This document shows positions 35,337 to 44,977 of a DNA stretch of 64,000 nt, in pieces. Origin of the DNA: Candidatus Eiseniibacteriota bacterium (GTDB lineage: Bacteria; Eisenbacteria; RBG-16-71-46). Position numbers and translations under genes: made by a program. Positions within the stretch are counted from its first letter, which is position 1, and every line of letters starts with the position of its first letter. The stretch covers positions 544,001 to 608,000 of the forward strand of contig CAVZLN010000003.1 in NCBI GenBank assembly GCA_963776245.1, read 5' to 3'. A model generated the notes under the pieces. It was given only the letters and a program-made list of their open reading frames with translations, made no database searches and was not told the DNA's origin.

Positions 35337-37355
35337 ATGCGCCTTGAACAGGATGTTCTCCGCGACCCGCGCGCCGCGCTCGCGCACCGCTGGGTGCTCG
35401 GCAACGGCGTCGGGGGCTCGGCATCGGGCACCGCGCCGGGAGCGAACGCCCAGCGCTCCCACGCGTGGCTGATCGCCGCCGAGCCCCATGGCCGGCCCAC
35501 GGCGCTGCTGCTGCGCGCCGACGAGCGCGTGCTCACGCTCGAGGGCGCCTTCGATCTCGCCTGCACGCTCGACGCCGCGGGGCGGCCGTGCGGCGATGGC
35601 TGGCGCAGTCTCGAGTCGTTCCGGCTCGACCCGTGGCCGGTGTGGCGCTTCCGGTGCGGCGCGCTGGTGTTCGAGCGCGCGCTCAGCCTGATCGCCGGGC
35701 ACCACGCGGCGTCGGTGACGTGGCGCCATCTCGAGGGGCCGGAGGCCCGGCTGACGGTCACCCCGCTGATCGCCGCGCGCGATCCTGAAGGTCTGCAGCG
35801 CGTCGATGCCGGGCTGCGCGGCGCCGCGCAGGGCGTGCCCGGGCGCGTGCGCATCGAGACCGTGCCGGGGCGTCCGGTGCTCACGCTGTGGCACAACGGA
35901 GCGTTCATCCCGGCGCGGGTGTGGCGCCGCGGGCGCTGGCTCGCCGGCGACGCGTTCGCGCCGCGCGCCGCCGAGGACGCGTTCGTGGCCGGGTACATCG
36001 AGGGCCCGCTCGCGCCCGCCCAGCCGCTCCACCTGGTGGCGTCGAGCGAGGACGATCTGTTCCGCGCGCTGGCGCGCGAGGACCGGCTGGGCGCGCCCCC
36101 GCCGCGCACCCTCGCCGGTTGCGTCGAACGGATCGAGCGCGCCGAGCGCGCGCGGCTCGACGCGGGGCGCGCCGCGGCGCTGGAGGGCGCGGACTTCACC
36201 GCGCGACAGGCCGCGGCCGCGCATGGCGACGAGGGTCTGGCGCGGGCGCGACAGCCGGGGCCCCTGGTGGAAGCCTCCGACCCCTGGGTCGAGCCCCTCA
36301 CGTTCTCGCTGCTCGCCGGGCTGGTGCGGCGCGGGCACCGGCTGACGGTGCTCCGTTCGCTGCCGGGAGCGGTGGAGCACGGCGGCGACGCGATGCGCGC
36401 GATCGCGGCGCTGGTGGCGCTGCGCGCGTTCGAGCCGGCGCGCGAGGCGCTGGCATGCGCCATCGAGTACCTCGGCGAGGGACTGGCGCCGGAGTCGTTC
36501 GACCCGCGCGACGGCACCCCGCGCTACGGCGACCCCGCGGCGGCGCTGTGGCTGGTGCGTGCGGCCGAGCTCTACGTGCGCCGCAGCGGCGACCTCTCCT
36601 TCCTGCGCGAGACCCTCTACCCCGGGCTCGAGAGCGTGATGCAGTTCTACCGCGCGGGCACGCGTCACGGCGTCCGCGTGGACGCCGACGGCCTGCTCTC
36701 CGCGGGCGAGGGCGCGGCGGCCACCAAGCGCGCCGACGTCAACGCGCTGTGGTCCCACGCGCTGATCGCGATGGCGCAGCTGGCGCGCGAGACGGGGCGG
36801 CGCGAGAACGGCGCCTTCTACCTCGCGTGGGCGCGCGAGCATCAACGCGCGTTCGCCGAGGCCTTCTGGGACGACGGGGCGGGCTGCCTGTTCGAGGCGA
36901 TCGGTCCGCGCGGCCGGGAGACCGGGCTGTCACCGTCGCAGTTGCTCGCGGCGGCGCTCGCGCCGCCGTTGCTCACCGCCGGGCGCGCGGTGCGGCTGGT
37001 GACCACCATCGAGCGCGAACTGTTCACCCCGCTCGGGCTGCGCGACGCCCCCGGCGCCCGCACGGTGCACACCGAGTGGCTCGGCGCGTTCCTCACCGCT
37101 TGGCTGCGGGCCCATGGCCGCGACGCGGCCTCCCAGGCGCGCGCGCGCGGCTGGCTCGACACGCTGCACCGCGCGATGCAGACCTGCGGCGGGCACCTGC
37201 CGGTGCGCTTCGACCTCGAACCGCGCGATGCGGACGAGGTCGTGCCGCGCGCGGCGGGCGATGGCGCGAGCATGCTCGCGGCCGCGGAACTGCTGCGGGC
37301 GTGGATCGAGGAATTCGATCACGCCGGCGAGGCGCTGGTCGGGGCGGCGCGCTGA
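35337..37355 (+). CDS. Glycogen debranching enzyme-like (GDE_N + amylo-alpha-1,6-glucosidase fold), probably degenerate
   Basis: WVLGNGVGGSASGT, DPWPVWRF, YGDPAAALW, DVNALW, FAEAFWD, ELFTPLGLR. Confidence 0.78.
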   Translation: MRLEQDVLRDPRAALAHRWVLGNGVGGSASGTAPGANAQRSHAWLIAAEPHGRPTALLLRADERVLTLEGAFDLACTLDAAGRPCGDGWRSLESFRLDPWPVWRFRCGALVFERALSLIAGHHAASVTWRHLEGPEARLTVTPLIAARDPEGLQRVDAGLRGAAQGVPGRVRIETVPGRPVLTLWHNGAFIPARVWRRGRWLAGDAFAPRAAEDAFVAGYIEGPLAPAQPLHLVASSEDDLFRALAREDRLGAPPPRTLAGCVERIERAERARLDAGRAAALEGADFTARQAAAAHGDEGLARARQPGPLVEASDPWVEPLTFSLLAGLVRRGHRLTVLRSLPGAVEHGGDAMRAIAALVALRAFEPAREALACAIEYLGEGLAPESFDPRDGTPRYGDPAAALWLVRAAELYVRRSGDLSFLRETLYPGLESVMQFYRAGTRHGVRVDADGLLSAGEGAAATKRADVNALWSHALIAMAQLARETGRRENGAFYLAWAREHQRAFAEAFWDDGAGCLFEAIGPRGRETGLSPSQLLAAALAPPLLTAGRAVRLVTTIERELFTPLGLRDAPGARTVHTEWLGAFLTAWLRAHGRDAASQARARGWLDTLHRAMQTCGGHLPVRFDLEPRDADEVVPRAAGDGASMLAAAELLRAWIEEFDHAGEALVGAAR

Positions 37356-37364
37356 CGCGAGCAG

Positions 37365-39974
37365 CTACCGCGCCGTGGTGTCCGCGGGCGGCGCCGACGG
37401 CGCCGCAGGTACGGCGGGTGGCGGTGGCGGCGGGGACCCGGACCGGGCGCCACCGAAGAACCCTCTCAGGAGGTCCTTGCCGCGGGTGCGCAGGCTGTCG
37501 AGGCTGATCGCGCCCGCCCCGCCGACCGCCTGCTTCACCGAGTCCCGGGCCGCCTCCTGGAGGCGCTGGCGCACCGCGGCGCGCAGATCGGCCTCGAGCT
37601 TCGTGCGCTGCTCGGCGATCGCCTCCGACGCCCGGCCCGCGACGCGGGCGCGCATCGCGCCGGCGTCCCACGTCACACGCGGCGACTGCGCGGTGCCGCC
37701 GATCCGCAGGTCGATGAGGAGACGGCCCTGCGCGTCACTCAGGGCGCCGGCCGCGAGCGCGGCGCGGGCCCCGACGCGCGCCACCTGCTCGGGCGGGAGC
37801 GTGATGCTCACCGCGTAGTCGAGCGCGCCATCGAAGCCCGCCGCGCCCGCGATCCGCCAGTCGCCGACGGCCGATTTCAGCTCCACCTCGCGGGTGGTGA
37901 CGCGGCCGCGTTCCACCTGGAACGGGAGCGCGAGGTTCTTGAAGCGCGCCTCCTTCAGCGCCGCCACCCCGGTCGCGGCGGCGATCGCCTCGAGCACCGG
38001 GCCGGGGCCGATCTGGCCGTCGAACAGCGAAGCGAGTCCGTTGGCGGTGAGTGAGCGCCGCAGTTGTTCGGGCCGCGTGCCATCGCCGGCGAGGTCGAGG
38101 TCGGCGCTCATCACCCCGCGCACCAGCCCCTTCACGGGCGTCCACGCCGCCAGCATGCCATCGGCCGACACGCTGTCCGCGGTCGCCTTCACCTGGAACC
38201 CCGGGCTCGCCGGGTCGCGCAGGTCGAACGCCGCGCGGCCGCTCACCCGGCCCTGGTAGCCGCGCAGCGCGAACGATGGCACCGTCACGCGGGTGGGTGT
38301 CATCGTCACCTCGGCGCTCACGTCGGTGACATCCAGCCGCTGGCTCTTGAGCCGCCCGATGCGCACCCGCCCGCCCCCCTCGGCGTTGGGGAGCAGCGTG
38401 GGACCGGGGGTGGGCGGCAGCAGCTCGCCGAGATCGAGGTAGGGCGAATCGAGCGTGAATCGCACCCCGGCGGGCGCCCCCTTGCCCGGCGGCGAGAGCA
38501 GCGCGAGCGGACGCGTCACCGTGGCATCGAGCGTGAACGACGAGCGCCCCGCCCGGGCCGTGAGCGCCCGCACCGTGGCGCTCGCGGGCGAGAAGGTCAG
38601 CTCGCCATTCACCTCTTCGACCGGCTTCGGCAGGTCGGGCGAGGTCACGCTCACCTTCGACAGCCGGGCACCGCCCTCGAGCGACAGGCTGCCGGGGTCC
38701 CTCGCGCGCCCGCGCCCGCGCACGTCCACGTTCGCGCGCCCGCCGAGGCGCACGCCCGGCGGCGCCACCAGCGGCGCCACCGCCGCCAGGTCGAGGTCCC
38801 CGCGGAGCGAGAACGTCAAGTTCGGGTCGGCGAAGCGCGTCACCGCGAGGGTGGCGCGCACCGGCTGGGACGCGACCGTGGCGCGCAGGTCCCCGATCTC
38901 CATCCGGTCGGGCGTGAAGCGGGCGGTGAACGCGAGATCCTTCACCGGCAGCGGGGCCTCCGGGTACCGGAACCACGCCCCCCCGAGCGCGAGCGTCCCG
39001 GTGATCGCCGGCGCGCTGCCGGCGGCGAGCGAGCCCGTGATCCCGAGGTCGAAGCCGAGCCGGCCGGCGCCGGAGAGGCCGTGGAGCGCCCGCGCGTCGG
39101 CCACCGCGAGCATGGCGAGCAGCTCGCGCAGCTCGAGCCCCGCGCCGCGGGCCCTGAAGTCCACGCGCGCGCGCGGCCCCGGATCGTCCACCACCCCGCT
39201 CAGCGCCAGCTCGCTGCGCCCGAACGCGAGCGCGAGCCGGCCGAGCGCGAGCCGTCGGCGCGCGCCGTCGTACTTGCCCTGGTGCGCCACTCTCCAGCGC
39301 ACCTTCGCGAGCGAGCGGTCGAGGTCGCTCAGGCGGGCCGCGGTGAGCGGGCCCAGCGCCAGCCCGCTCACCACCGTGGTGCCCGCCGTCGCCAGCCGCT
39401 GGCCGCCCTCGACGGCGAGCGAGGTCCGGGTGTCCAGCCCGAACGCCACGCGGCGCCGCGCGCGCAGGTCGTCCAGCAGCACCTGCCCGCCCACGACCTC
39501 GAACGCGCGCACCGAGAGCTCCGGGGCGGCGCCGCGCGGCGCTCCGGCACCCGGCGCCCGGGTCAGGCCGTCGAGGTTGGTCGTGCCGTCGGCGCGCAGC
39601 ACGAGATGGAGCGCGGGATGGTCGAACGTCAGGCGGCGCACCACCACCCGGCCGGCGAACAGCGCGAACAGGTCGAGGTCGAGATGGATGGCGTGCGCCT
39701 GGAGCGCCACGCCTTCGGCGAGACCGCCGGGCTCGGCGAGCGCCACGCCCTTCACCGTCAGCCGCACCGGCGGGAACAGCCCGACCGACGCGTCGTCGAA
39801 ACGCACCTCGCGGTTCAGCGCGCGGGCGGCCTGCGCCTGCATCAGCAGGCGCGCCTTCGCGGGCGGCAGCCACAGCGCCAGCGCGACCCAGGCGATCGCC
39901 ACCAGCGCGAGCGGCACCCCGAGGACGAGGAACGCGATCCGGGTGCGGCGCGGATCCCGCGGGCGGGCGTGCAT
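37365..39974 (-). CDS. AsmA-family protein
   Basis: N-terminal TM helix, LNREVRF...GLFPPVRL, P.LHLVLRADGTTNLDGL, C-terminal IGGTAQSPRV. Confidence 0.85.
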   Translation of the reverse strand: MHARPRDPRRTRIAFLVLGVPLALVAIAWVALALWLPPAKARLLMQAQAARALNREVRFDDASVGLFPPVRLTVKGVALAEPGGLAEGVALQAHAIHLDLDLFALFAGRVVVRRLTFDHPALHLVLRADGTTNLDGLTRAPGAGAPRGAAPELSVRAFEVVGGQVLLDDLRARRRVAFGLDTRTSLAVEGGQRLATAGTTVVSGLALGPLTAARLSDLDRSLAKVRWRVAHQGKYDGARRRLALGRLALAFGRSELALSGVVDDPGPRARVDFRARGAGLELRELLAMLAVADARALHGLSGAGRLGFDLGITGSLAAGSAPAITGTLALGGAWFRYPEAPLPVKDLAFTARFTPDRMEIGDLRATVASQPVRATLAVTRFADPNLTFSLRGDLDLAAVAPLVAPPGVRLGGRANVDVRGRGRARDPGSLSLEGGARLSKVSVTSPDLPKPVEEVNGELTFSPASATVRALTARAGRSSFTLDATVTRPLALLSPPGKGAPAGVRFTLDSPYLDLGELLPPTPGPTLLPNAEGGGRVRIGRLKSQRLDVTDVSAEVTMTPTRVTVPSFALRGYQGRVSGRAAFDLRDPASPGFQVKATADSVSADGMLAAWTPVKGLVRGVMSADLDLAGDGTRPEQLRRSLTANGLASLFDGQIGPGPVLEAIAAATGVAALKEARFKNLALPFQVERGRVTTREVELKSAVGDWRIAGAAGFDGALDYAVSITLPPEQVARVGARAALAAGALSDAQGRLLIDLRIGGTAQSPRVTWDAGAMRARVAGRASEAIAEQRTKLEADLRAAVRQRLQEAARDSVKQAVGGAGAISLDSLRTRGKDLLRGFFGGARSGSPPPPPPAVPAAPSAPPADTTAR

Positions 39975-40082
39975 GGCGCGGAGTGTGTCGCGCGCGCGGC
40001 GCGCGCGCAAGCCGGCGCGCTCCGGCCTTGTCGCTGCGCGGGGTGGCGGGTAGAGTCCGCGCGCCCGAGGAGCCCGCATCCC

Positions 40083-40736
40083 ATGGAACCGCACGCCCTG
40101 CAGACCCTGCGCGAGCAGAAGCTCATCGCCGTCATCCGCGCCGCCACGCCCGAGGCGGCGCTCGGTGCCGCGCGCGCCGTCGCCGCCGGCGGGCTCGCGC
40201 TGCTCGAGGTCACCTTCACCGTGCCCGAGGCGCCGCGCGTCATGGCGGCGCTGCGCGACCTGCCGGGCGTGGTGGTCGGCGCGGGCACCGTGCTCACCGC
40301 CGCGCAGTGCCGCGCGGCGCTCGACGCCGGGGCGCGCTTCATCGTCGCGCCCAACACCTCGGCCGAGGTGGCCCGGACGGCGCTGGCCGGCGGCGCGATG
40401 TACTGCCCGGGGGCGTACACCACCGGCGAGATCCTCGCCGCGGTGGCGCTCGGCGCGCATGTGGTCAAGGTCTACCCGGTCGGGGTCGCGGGCGGACCGG
40501 CCTACATCCGCGTCATCCGCGACCCGCTGCCCGACGTGCCCATGCTGGCCGCGGGCGGCACCGACCTCGGCAACGTGGTCCCGTTCCTCGAGGCCGGCTG
40601 CGTCGGATGCGGGCTCGGGGCGGCGCTCGCCGACCCGGCGCTGGCGCTCGCCGGGCGTTTCGACGAGATCACCGCGCGCGCCCGCGCCTTCGCGCTCCGG
40701 ATCGCGCAGTGGCGCGCCGCGTCCGCCCGCGCGTGA
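40083..40736 (+). CDS. eda: KDPG/KHG aldolase
   Basis: IAVIR, LEVTFT, VGAGTVL, AGARFIVAP, PG..T..E, VKVYP, GGPAYI..I..PLP; TAGAGT at 40051 and GAGGAG RBS. Confidence 0.9.
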   Translation: MEPHALQTLREQKLIAVIRAATPEAALGAARAVAAGGLALLEVTFTVPEAPRVMAALRDLPGVVVGAGTVLTAAQCRAALDAGARFIVAPNTSAEVARTALAGGAMYCPGAYTTGEILAAVALGAHVVKVYPVGVAGGPAYIRVIRDPLPDVPMLAAGGTDLGNVVPFLEAGCVGCGLGAALADPALALAGRFDEITARARAFALRIAQWRAASARA

Positions 40737-42001
40737 GCCTCCCGACGCGGCGCCGCGACGCGTTCGCCACCCTGTGCGGGGCGCTCGCGGCGCTGGCGGT
40801 GCTCGGCCTCGCGCCCGCGCCCGCCAGCGCCACGATGGAGGAGTACTCCACCTTCGATGTCGCCGCGCGCGAGGAGGACGACGAGAGCCTGCTCGACCAC
40901 CTGCTCACCCGCCCGCCGAGCGAATGGCGCGACGAGTGGGAGCGCGCGCCCCAGGCGTTCCGCAGCGGCCAGGGCTGTCTCACGTCCGGGCAGTGGTTCC
41001 TGATGAACGATCTCAAGCTGACCTCGCCGCTCGGCGAGCGCGCGCGCTTCTTCCTCGGGCTGCGGCAGACCCACAGCGACGCGGTGGACTACGAGGAGCT
41101 CGGCTTCGGGTTCCGCTTCCCGATCCGCTGGGGAAGCCTGTCCGCGGAGTTCCAGCCGTCGTGGGACAAGAGCCGGCAGGACTTCATCGTCGGGTGGGAG
41201 GCCGGCACCGACAGCTCGCGGTTCCACGTCCAGACGGCGTTCAACGTCGAGGACATGTTCAACAATCTGTGGGCCTGGCGTCAGACGCGCGTCGGCGCGC
41301 TGGCCGAGCCCTACCGGCGGCATCCGTACGAGCCGCGCCTGCGCGTCACCGCGCGCGGCGAGGACTGGCGCGCCGAGATCGGCGGGCGCTGGATGCGGCC
41401 CTCGCTCAAGCAGGTGTCCGGCTACTACGTGGACGCGGGGTTCAGCCTGCAGTCGCTGTGGGGGGCGATCGCGTGGGCCGCGGCGGAGAAGCGCGCGCTG
41501 GGCGTCACCTGGGAGGCGACGGTGCGCGACCAACAGGTCGAGAGCACCGACGCCCCGCTGGACGCGCCGCTCCTCGATCACCGCGACTACCGGCGCGAAT
41601 GGACCGCCGAGCTCGCCGCCCGCCGCGCCGTCACGCGGCGCCTCGACGTGCAGCTGCGCGGGATCTATCAGGACCGCACCCAGGCGTACGGCGCGGGCCT
41701 CGGTCCGGGCGCGTTCCGCGGGCTCGACCGCCTCGCGCAGGCGGAACTGTTCTACCGCGCCTCGCCGCGGTTCGGCTGCCGGGTGGGCGTGCTCCACGAC
41801 CGGATCGGGATCGCCGAGCGCGGCGTCGTCCCGGTGTTCACCTACGGCTCGCGCAAGGAATCGCGCGCGTACATCGGCCTGATGGCGCGCTTCGGGCGCG
41901 TGACGGTGCAGGGCATCGAGGGCATCGAGCTCGACCACGAGCCCTACGAGGTGGAGTTCCACCACGACAAGGGCTTCCTCCACCTGCAGACGACGTTCTG
42001 A
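40733..42001 (+). CDS. Hypothetical outer-membrane beta-barrel-like protein
   Basis: GTGA overlap with eda; signal peptide; alternating amphipathic strands; C-terminal ...FLHLQTTF. Confidence 0.65.
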   Translation: MSLPTRRRDAFATLCGALAALAVLGLAPAPASATMEEYSTFDVAAREEDDESLLDHLLTRPPSEWRDEWERAPQAFRSGQGCLTSGQWFLMNDLKLTSPLGERARFFLGLRQTHSDAVDYEELGFGFRFPIRWGSLSAEFQPSWDKSRQDFIVGWEAGTDSSRFHVQTAFNVEDMFNNLWAWRQTRVGALAEPYRRHPYEPRLRVTARGEDWRAEIGGRWMRPSLKQVSGYYVDAGFSLQSLWGAIAWAAAEKRALGVTWEATVRDQQVESTDAPLDAPLLDHRDYRREWTAELAARRAVTRRLDVQLRGIYQDRTQAYGAGLGPGAFRGLDRLAQAELFYRASPRFGCRVGVLHDRIGIAERGVVPVFTYGSRKESRAYIGLMARFGRVTVQGIEGIELDHEPYEVEFHHDKGFLHLQTTF

Positions 42002-42085
42002 CCCGCCGCCGCGCCGGACCGGGGCCGGTTCCGTCTCGCGCGCGCGACGCGCGACATGACCCGACCGAACACCGCGCCGAAGACC

Positions 42086-42114
42086 TTGCTTAGCCGGCGT
42101 GCGGCCGCTATCGT
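42086..42114 (+). promoter_or_regulatory. sigma70 promoter TTGCTT-N17-TATCGT for the second ompA
   Basis: Canonical spacing; AAGGAGG RBS at 42179-42185. Confidence 0.65.
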
Positions 42115-42189
42115 CGGGCTCTCCGGTACCGACATCCGGCCATCTGGGTCCATCGCATCCCGCCTCGGGACCCGCTACAAGGAGGAAGC

Positions 42190-43674
42190 ATGCGCCTGAG
42201 TCTCCGATTCGCCGCACTGGGCCTCGCCGCGCTGGCCGCGGCTGGAACCGTCCAGGCGGAGCCGACGGGCCGTTATTTCACGCTGACGCCCTTCGGCGGA
42301 TACCGAGTCTTCGATGGGGACCAGAAGTTCCCCGGCACGAACACCATCCAGGACAACCTCTACGTGGGCGGGCGGCTCGGCTGGCAGGCGCTCCCGTGGA
42401 TCGGGGTCGAGGCCGCGGGCGGCCTCACGCCGACCGCCGAGGATGTCCCGACCGGGCGCGACCTCGACGTGTGGCACGCGTCGGGCAACCTGATGCTCAC
42501 GCCGGCCAACGGCCGCTGGGGCGGCCCGTTCCTGTTCGGCGGGTTCGGCTACAACAAGACCAAGCTCTCGGCCGGCGACACCGAGCAGCACTTCGGCGCC
42601 ATCGAGGGCGGCGGCGGACTGCGCTTCTGGCTCACGGACGCGATCGGGCTGAGGCTCGAGGCGCGCAACCTGTCGCTGATGGCCGCGAAGCCCAAGATGG
42701 AGCTGAAGTACAACGACATCGTGTTCGGCGGCGGTCTCGAGCTGGCGCTCGGCGGGGTGCCGCGCGACAGCGACGGCGATGGCGTGTCGGACCGCAAGGA
42801 CCGCTGTCCCGACACCCCCAGGGGCGCGACCGTGGACGCCAGCGGCTGCCCCATCGACAGCGATGGCGACGGGGTGTTCGACGGCCTCGACAAGTGCCCC
42901 AGCACGCCCCGGGGATGCAAGGTGGACGCCGCCGGCTGCCCGATCGACAGCGACGGCGATGGCGTGTGCGACGGGCTGGACCAGTGCCCCGACACGCCCA
43001 AGGGCGCGACCGTGGACGCCAAGGGATGCCCGAGCGACAGCGACGGCGACGGCGTGCTCGACGGGCTCGACAAGTGCCCGGACACGCCGAAAGGCGCGAC
43101 GGTCGACGCGACCGGCTGCCCGCAGGACAGCGACGGTGACGGCGTGTTCGACGGGCTCGACAAGTGCCCGGACACCCCGGCCGGCGCCAAGGTGGACAAG
43201 GACGGCTGCCCGGTGGAGTTGATCGAGCGCGAGACCGAGCTGCTCGACACCGGCATGATCCGCCTGCAGAACATCAATTTCGAGACCGCCAAGGCGGACC
43301 TGCTGCCGGACGCGTTCCCGACGCTCGACGTGGTGGGCCAGGTGCTCACCAAGTGGCCGGAACTGCGCATCGAGATCGGCGGCCACACCGACGCGCGCGG
43401 CTCGAACGCGTACAACCAGAAGCTCAGCGAGGCGCGCGCCCATTCGGTGCTGAGCTACATGACCGGCAAGTTCCCGAACCTCAAGCCCGAGCAGTTCACC
43501 GCCAAGGGCTACGGCGAGTCCAAGCCGGTGGCACCGAACACCGACGCGCTCGGCATGGCGAAGAACCGCCGCGTCGAGTTCGTGGTGCTGAACACCGACG
43601 TGCTCAAGCGCGAGGTGGAGCGGCGTCGCCTGCTTCAGAAGGACGAGGCGCCGCCGCCGGGCGGGAACAAGTAG
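42190..43674 (+). CDS. OmpA/OprF-family protein: beta-barrel + five TSP3-like repeats + OmpA-C
   Basis: Signal peptide, 8-strand-barrel-like N-domain, INFET, GHTD, YNQKLSEARA, GYGE, NRRVEF. Confidence 0.95.
   Translation: MRLSLRFAALGLAALAAAGTVQAEPTGRYFTLTPFGGYRVFDGDQKFPGTNTIQDNLYVGGRLGWQALPWIGVEAAGGLTPTAEDVPTGRDLDVWHASGNLMLTPANGRWGGPFLFGGFGYNKTKLSAGDTEQHFGAIEGGGGLRFWLTDAIGLRLEARNLSLMAAKPKMELKYNDIVFGGGLELALGGVPRDSDGDGVSDRKDRCPDTPRGATVDASGCPIDSDGDGVFDGLDKCPSTPRGCKVDAAGCPIDSDGDGVCDGLDQCPDTPKGATVDAKGCPSDSDGDGVLDGLDKCPDTPKGATVDATGCPQDSDGDGVFDGLDKCPDTPAGAKVDKDGCPVELIERETELLDTGMIRLQNINFETAKADLLPDAFPTLDVVGQVLTKWPELRIEIGGHTDARGSNAYNQKLSEARAHSVLSYMTGKFPNLKPEQFTAKGYGESKPVAPNTDALGMAKNRRVEFVVLNTDVLKREVERRRLLQKDEAPPPGGNK
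42766..43215 (+). repeat. Five tandem 90-bp coding repeats (DSDGDGVxDxxDxCPxTPxGxxVDxxGCPx)
   Basis: Units start at 42766, 42856, 42946, 43036 and 43126. Confidence 0.9.
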
Positions 43675-43691
43675 TCCGCCGTGCGGCGCGG

Positions 43692-43721
43692 GCGGCCCGG
43701 GTGCTTCGGCATCCGGGCCGC
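43692..43721 (+). terminator. Terminator-like hairpin with a C(UUCG)G tetraloop
   Basis: GCGGCCCGGGTGC-TTCG-GCATCCGGGCCGC just after the ompA stop. Confidence 0.7.
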
Positions 43722-43798
43722 GTCGCGCTTCGTGCTACCCTGACCCGCGTCGGACGCCGCCGCCACGCGCAGCGTCCCAGCGAGGGACGAGGGACCCC

Positions 43799-44977
43799 AT
43801 GAGCATCCGCACGCCTGCGTTCGCCGCGGGCGAGTGCCAGGAGATGGTGGCGACGCGGCGCGACCTGCACGCCCACCCCGAGACCGCGTTCGAGGAGGTG
43901 CGCACCGCGGCGCTGGTGGCCGACCGCCTGCGCGCGCTCGGGCTCGAGCCCCGCACCGGGGTCGGCCGCACCGGCGTGCTCGCCACGGTGAAGGGCGGGC
44001 GCCCCGGCCGGACCGTGCTGCTGCGGGCCGACATGGACGCGCTGCCGATCCAGGAGGAGAACGCGGTCCCCTACCGCTCGACGGTGGACGGCCGGATGCA
44101 CGCCTGCGGCCACGACTGTCACACCGCGATCCTGCTCGGCGTCGCGCGCCGGCTGGTCGCGGAGTCGGCGTCGCGCGCCGGCGACGTGCGGCTGTGCTTC
44201 CAGCCGGCCGAGGAGCAGGGCGGCGGCGCGCTCGCGATGATCGCGGATGGCGCGCTCGCGGATCCGCGGCCCGACGCGGCGTTCGGCCTGCACGTGTGGC
44301 AGGACCTCGAGCTCGGGCAGGTCGGCGTCACCGACGGGCCGTGGATGGCCGCGGTGGACGAGTTCACCGTCACGGTGCACGGCAAGGGCGCGCACGCGGC
44401 GATGCCCCACTTCGGCACCGACCCGGTGGTGTGCCTCGCGCACCTCGTCACCGCGCTGCAGACCATCGCCAGCCGCGGCGTGAGCCCGTTCGCCGAGGTG
44501 GTGGTGAGCGTCACCCAGCTGCGCGCCGGCTCGGCGTTCAACATCCTTCCCGGCAGCGCGTGGATGAACGGCACGGTGCGGGTCTTCGACCGCGCGCTGT
44601 GGGCCGAGTTGCCGGCCCGCTTCGAACGCATCTGCAACGGCGTGGCCGGCGCCTTCGGCTGCCGCGCCGAGGTGAAGTACGACCGCTTCAACCAGCCCAC
44701 CGTGAACGATCCCGCGATGGCCCGGATGGCCCGCGAGGTCGCGGCCGGGGTGGTGGGCGCCGAGAACGTGCACGACGACATCCGCACCATGGGCGGCGAG
44801 GACTTCTCGGCGTTCCTCGCCGAGGTGCCCGGCTGCTTCATCGCGGTCGGCTCGCGCAACGAATCCAAGGGCCTGATCGGGGACCACCACCACCCGCGCT
44901 TCGACGTGGACGAAGCCTGTCTCGGCATCGGCGCCGAGATCCTGCTCCGCACCGCGAAGCGATTCCTGGAGTCATGA
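43799..44977 (+). CDS. M20D-family amidohydrolase
   Basis: RRDLHAHPE, LRADMDALP, MHACGHD, FQPAEE, GKGAHAA.PH, GEDFS, HHPRFD; TGcTACCCT at 43733-43741. Confidence 0.95.
   Translation: MSIRTPAFAAGECQEMVATRRDLHAHPETAFEEVRTAALVADRLRALGLEPRTGVGRTGVLATVKGGRPGRTVLLRADMDALPIQEENAVPYRSTVDGRMHACGHDCHTAILLGVARRLVAESASRAGDVRLCFQPAEEQGGGALAMIADGALADPRPDAAFGLHVWQDLELGQVGVTDGPWMAAVDEFTVTVHGKGAHAAMPHFGTDPVVCLAHLVTALQTIASRGVSPFAEVVVSVTQLRAGSAFNILPGSAWMNGTVRVFDRALWAELPARFERICNGVAGAFGCRAEVKYDRFNQPTVNDPAMARMAREVAAGVVGAENVHDDIRTMGGEDFSAFLAEVPGCFIAVGSRNESKGLIGDHHHPRFDVDEACLGIGAEILLRTAKRFLES

Noticed and set aside
42766..43215. Regular 90-bp repeats as a CRISPR or DNA-level array
   Set aside because: In-frame coding TSP3-like repeats of OmpA with synonymous variation
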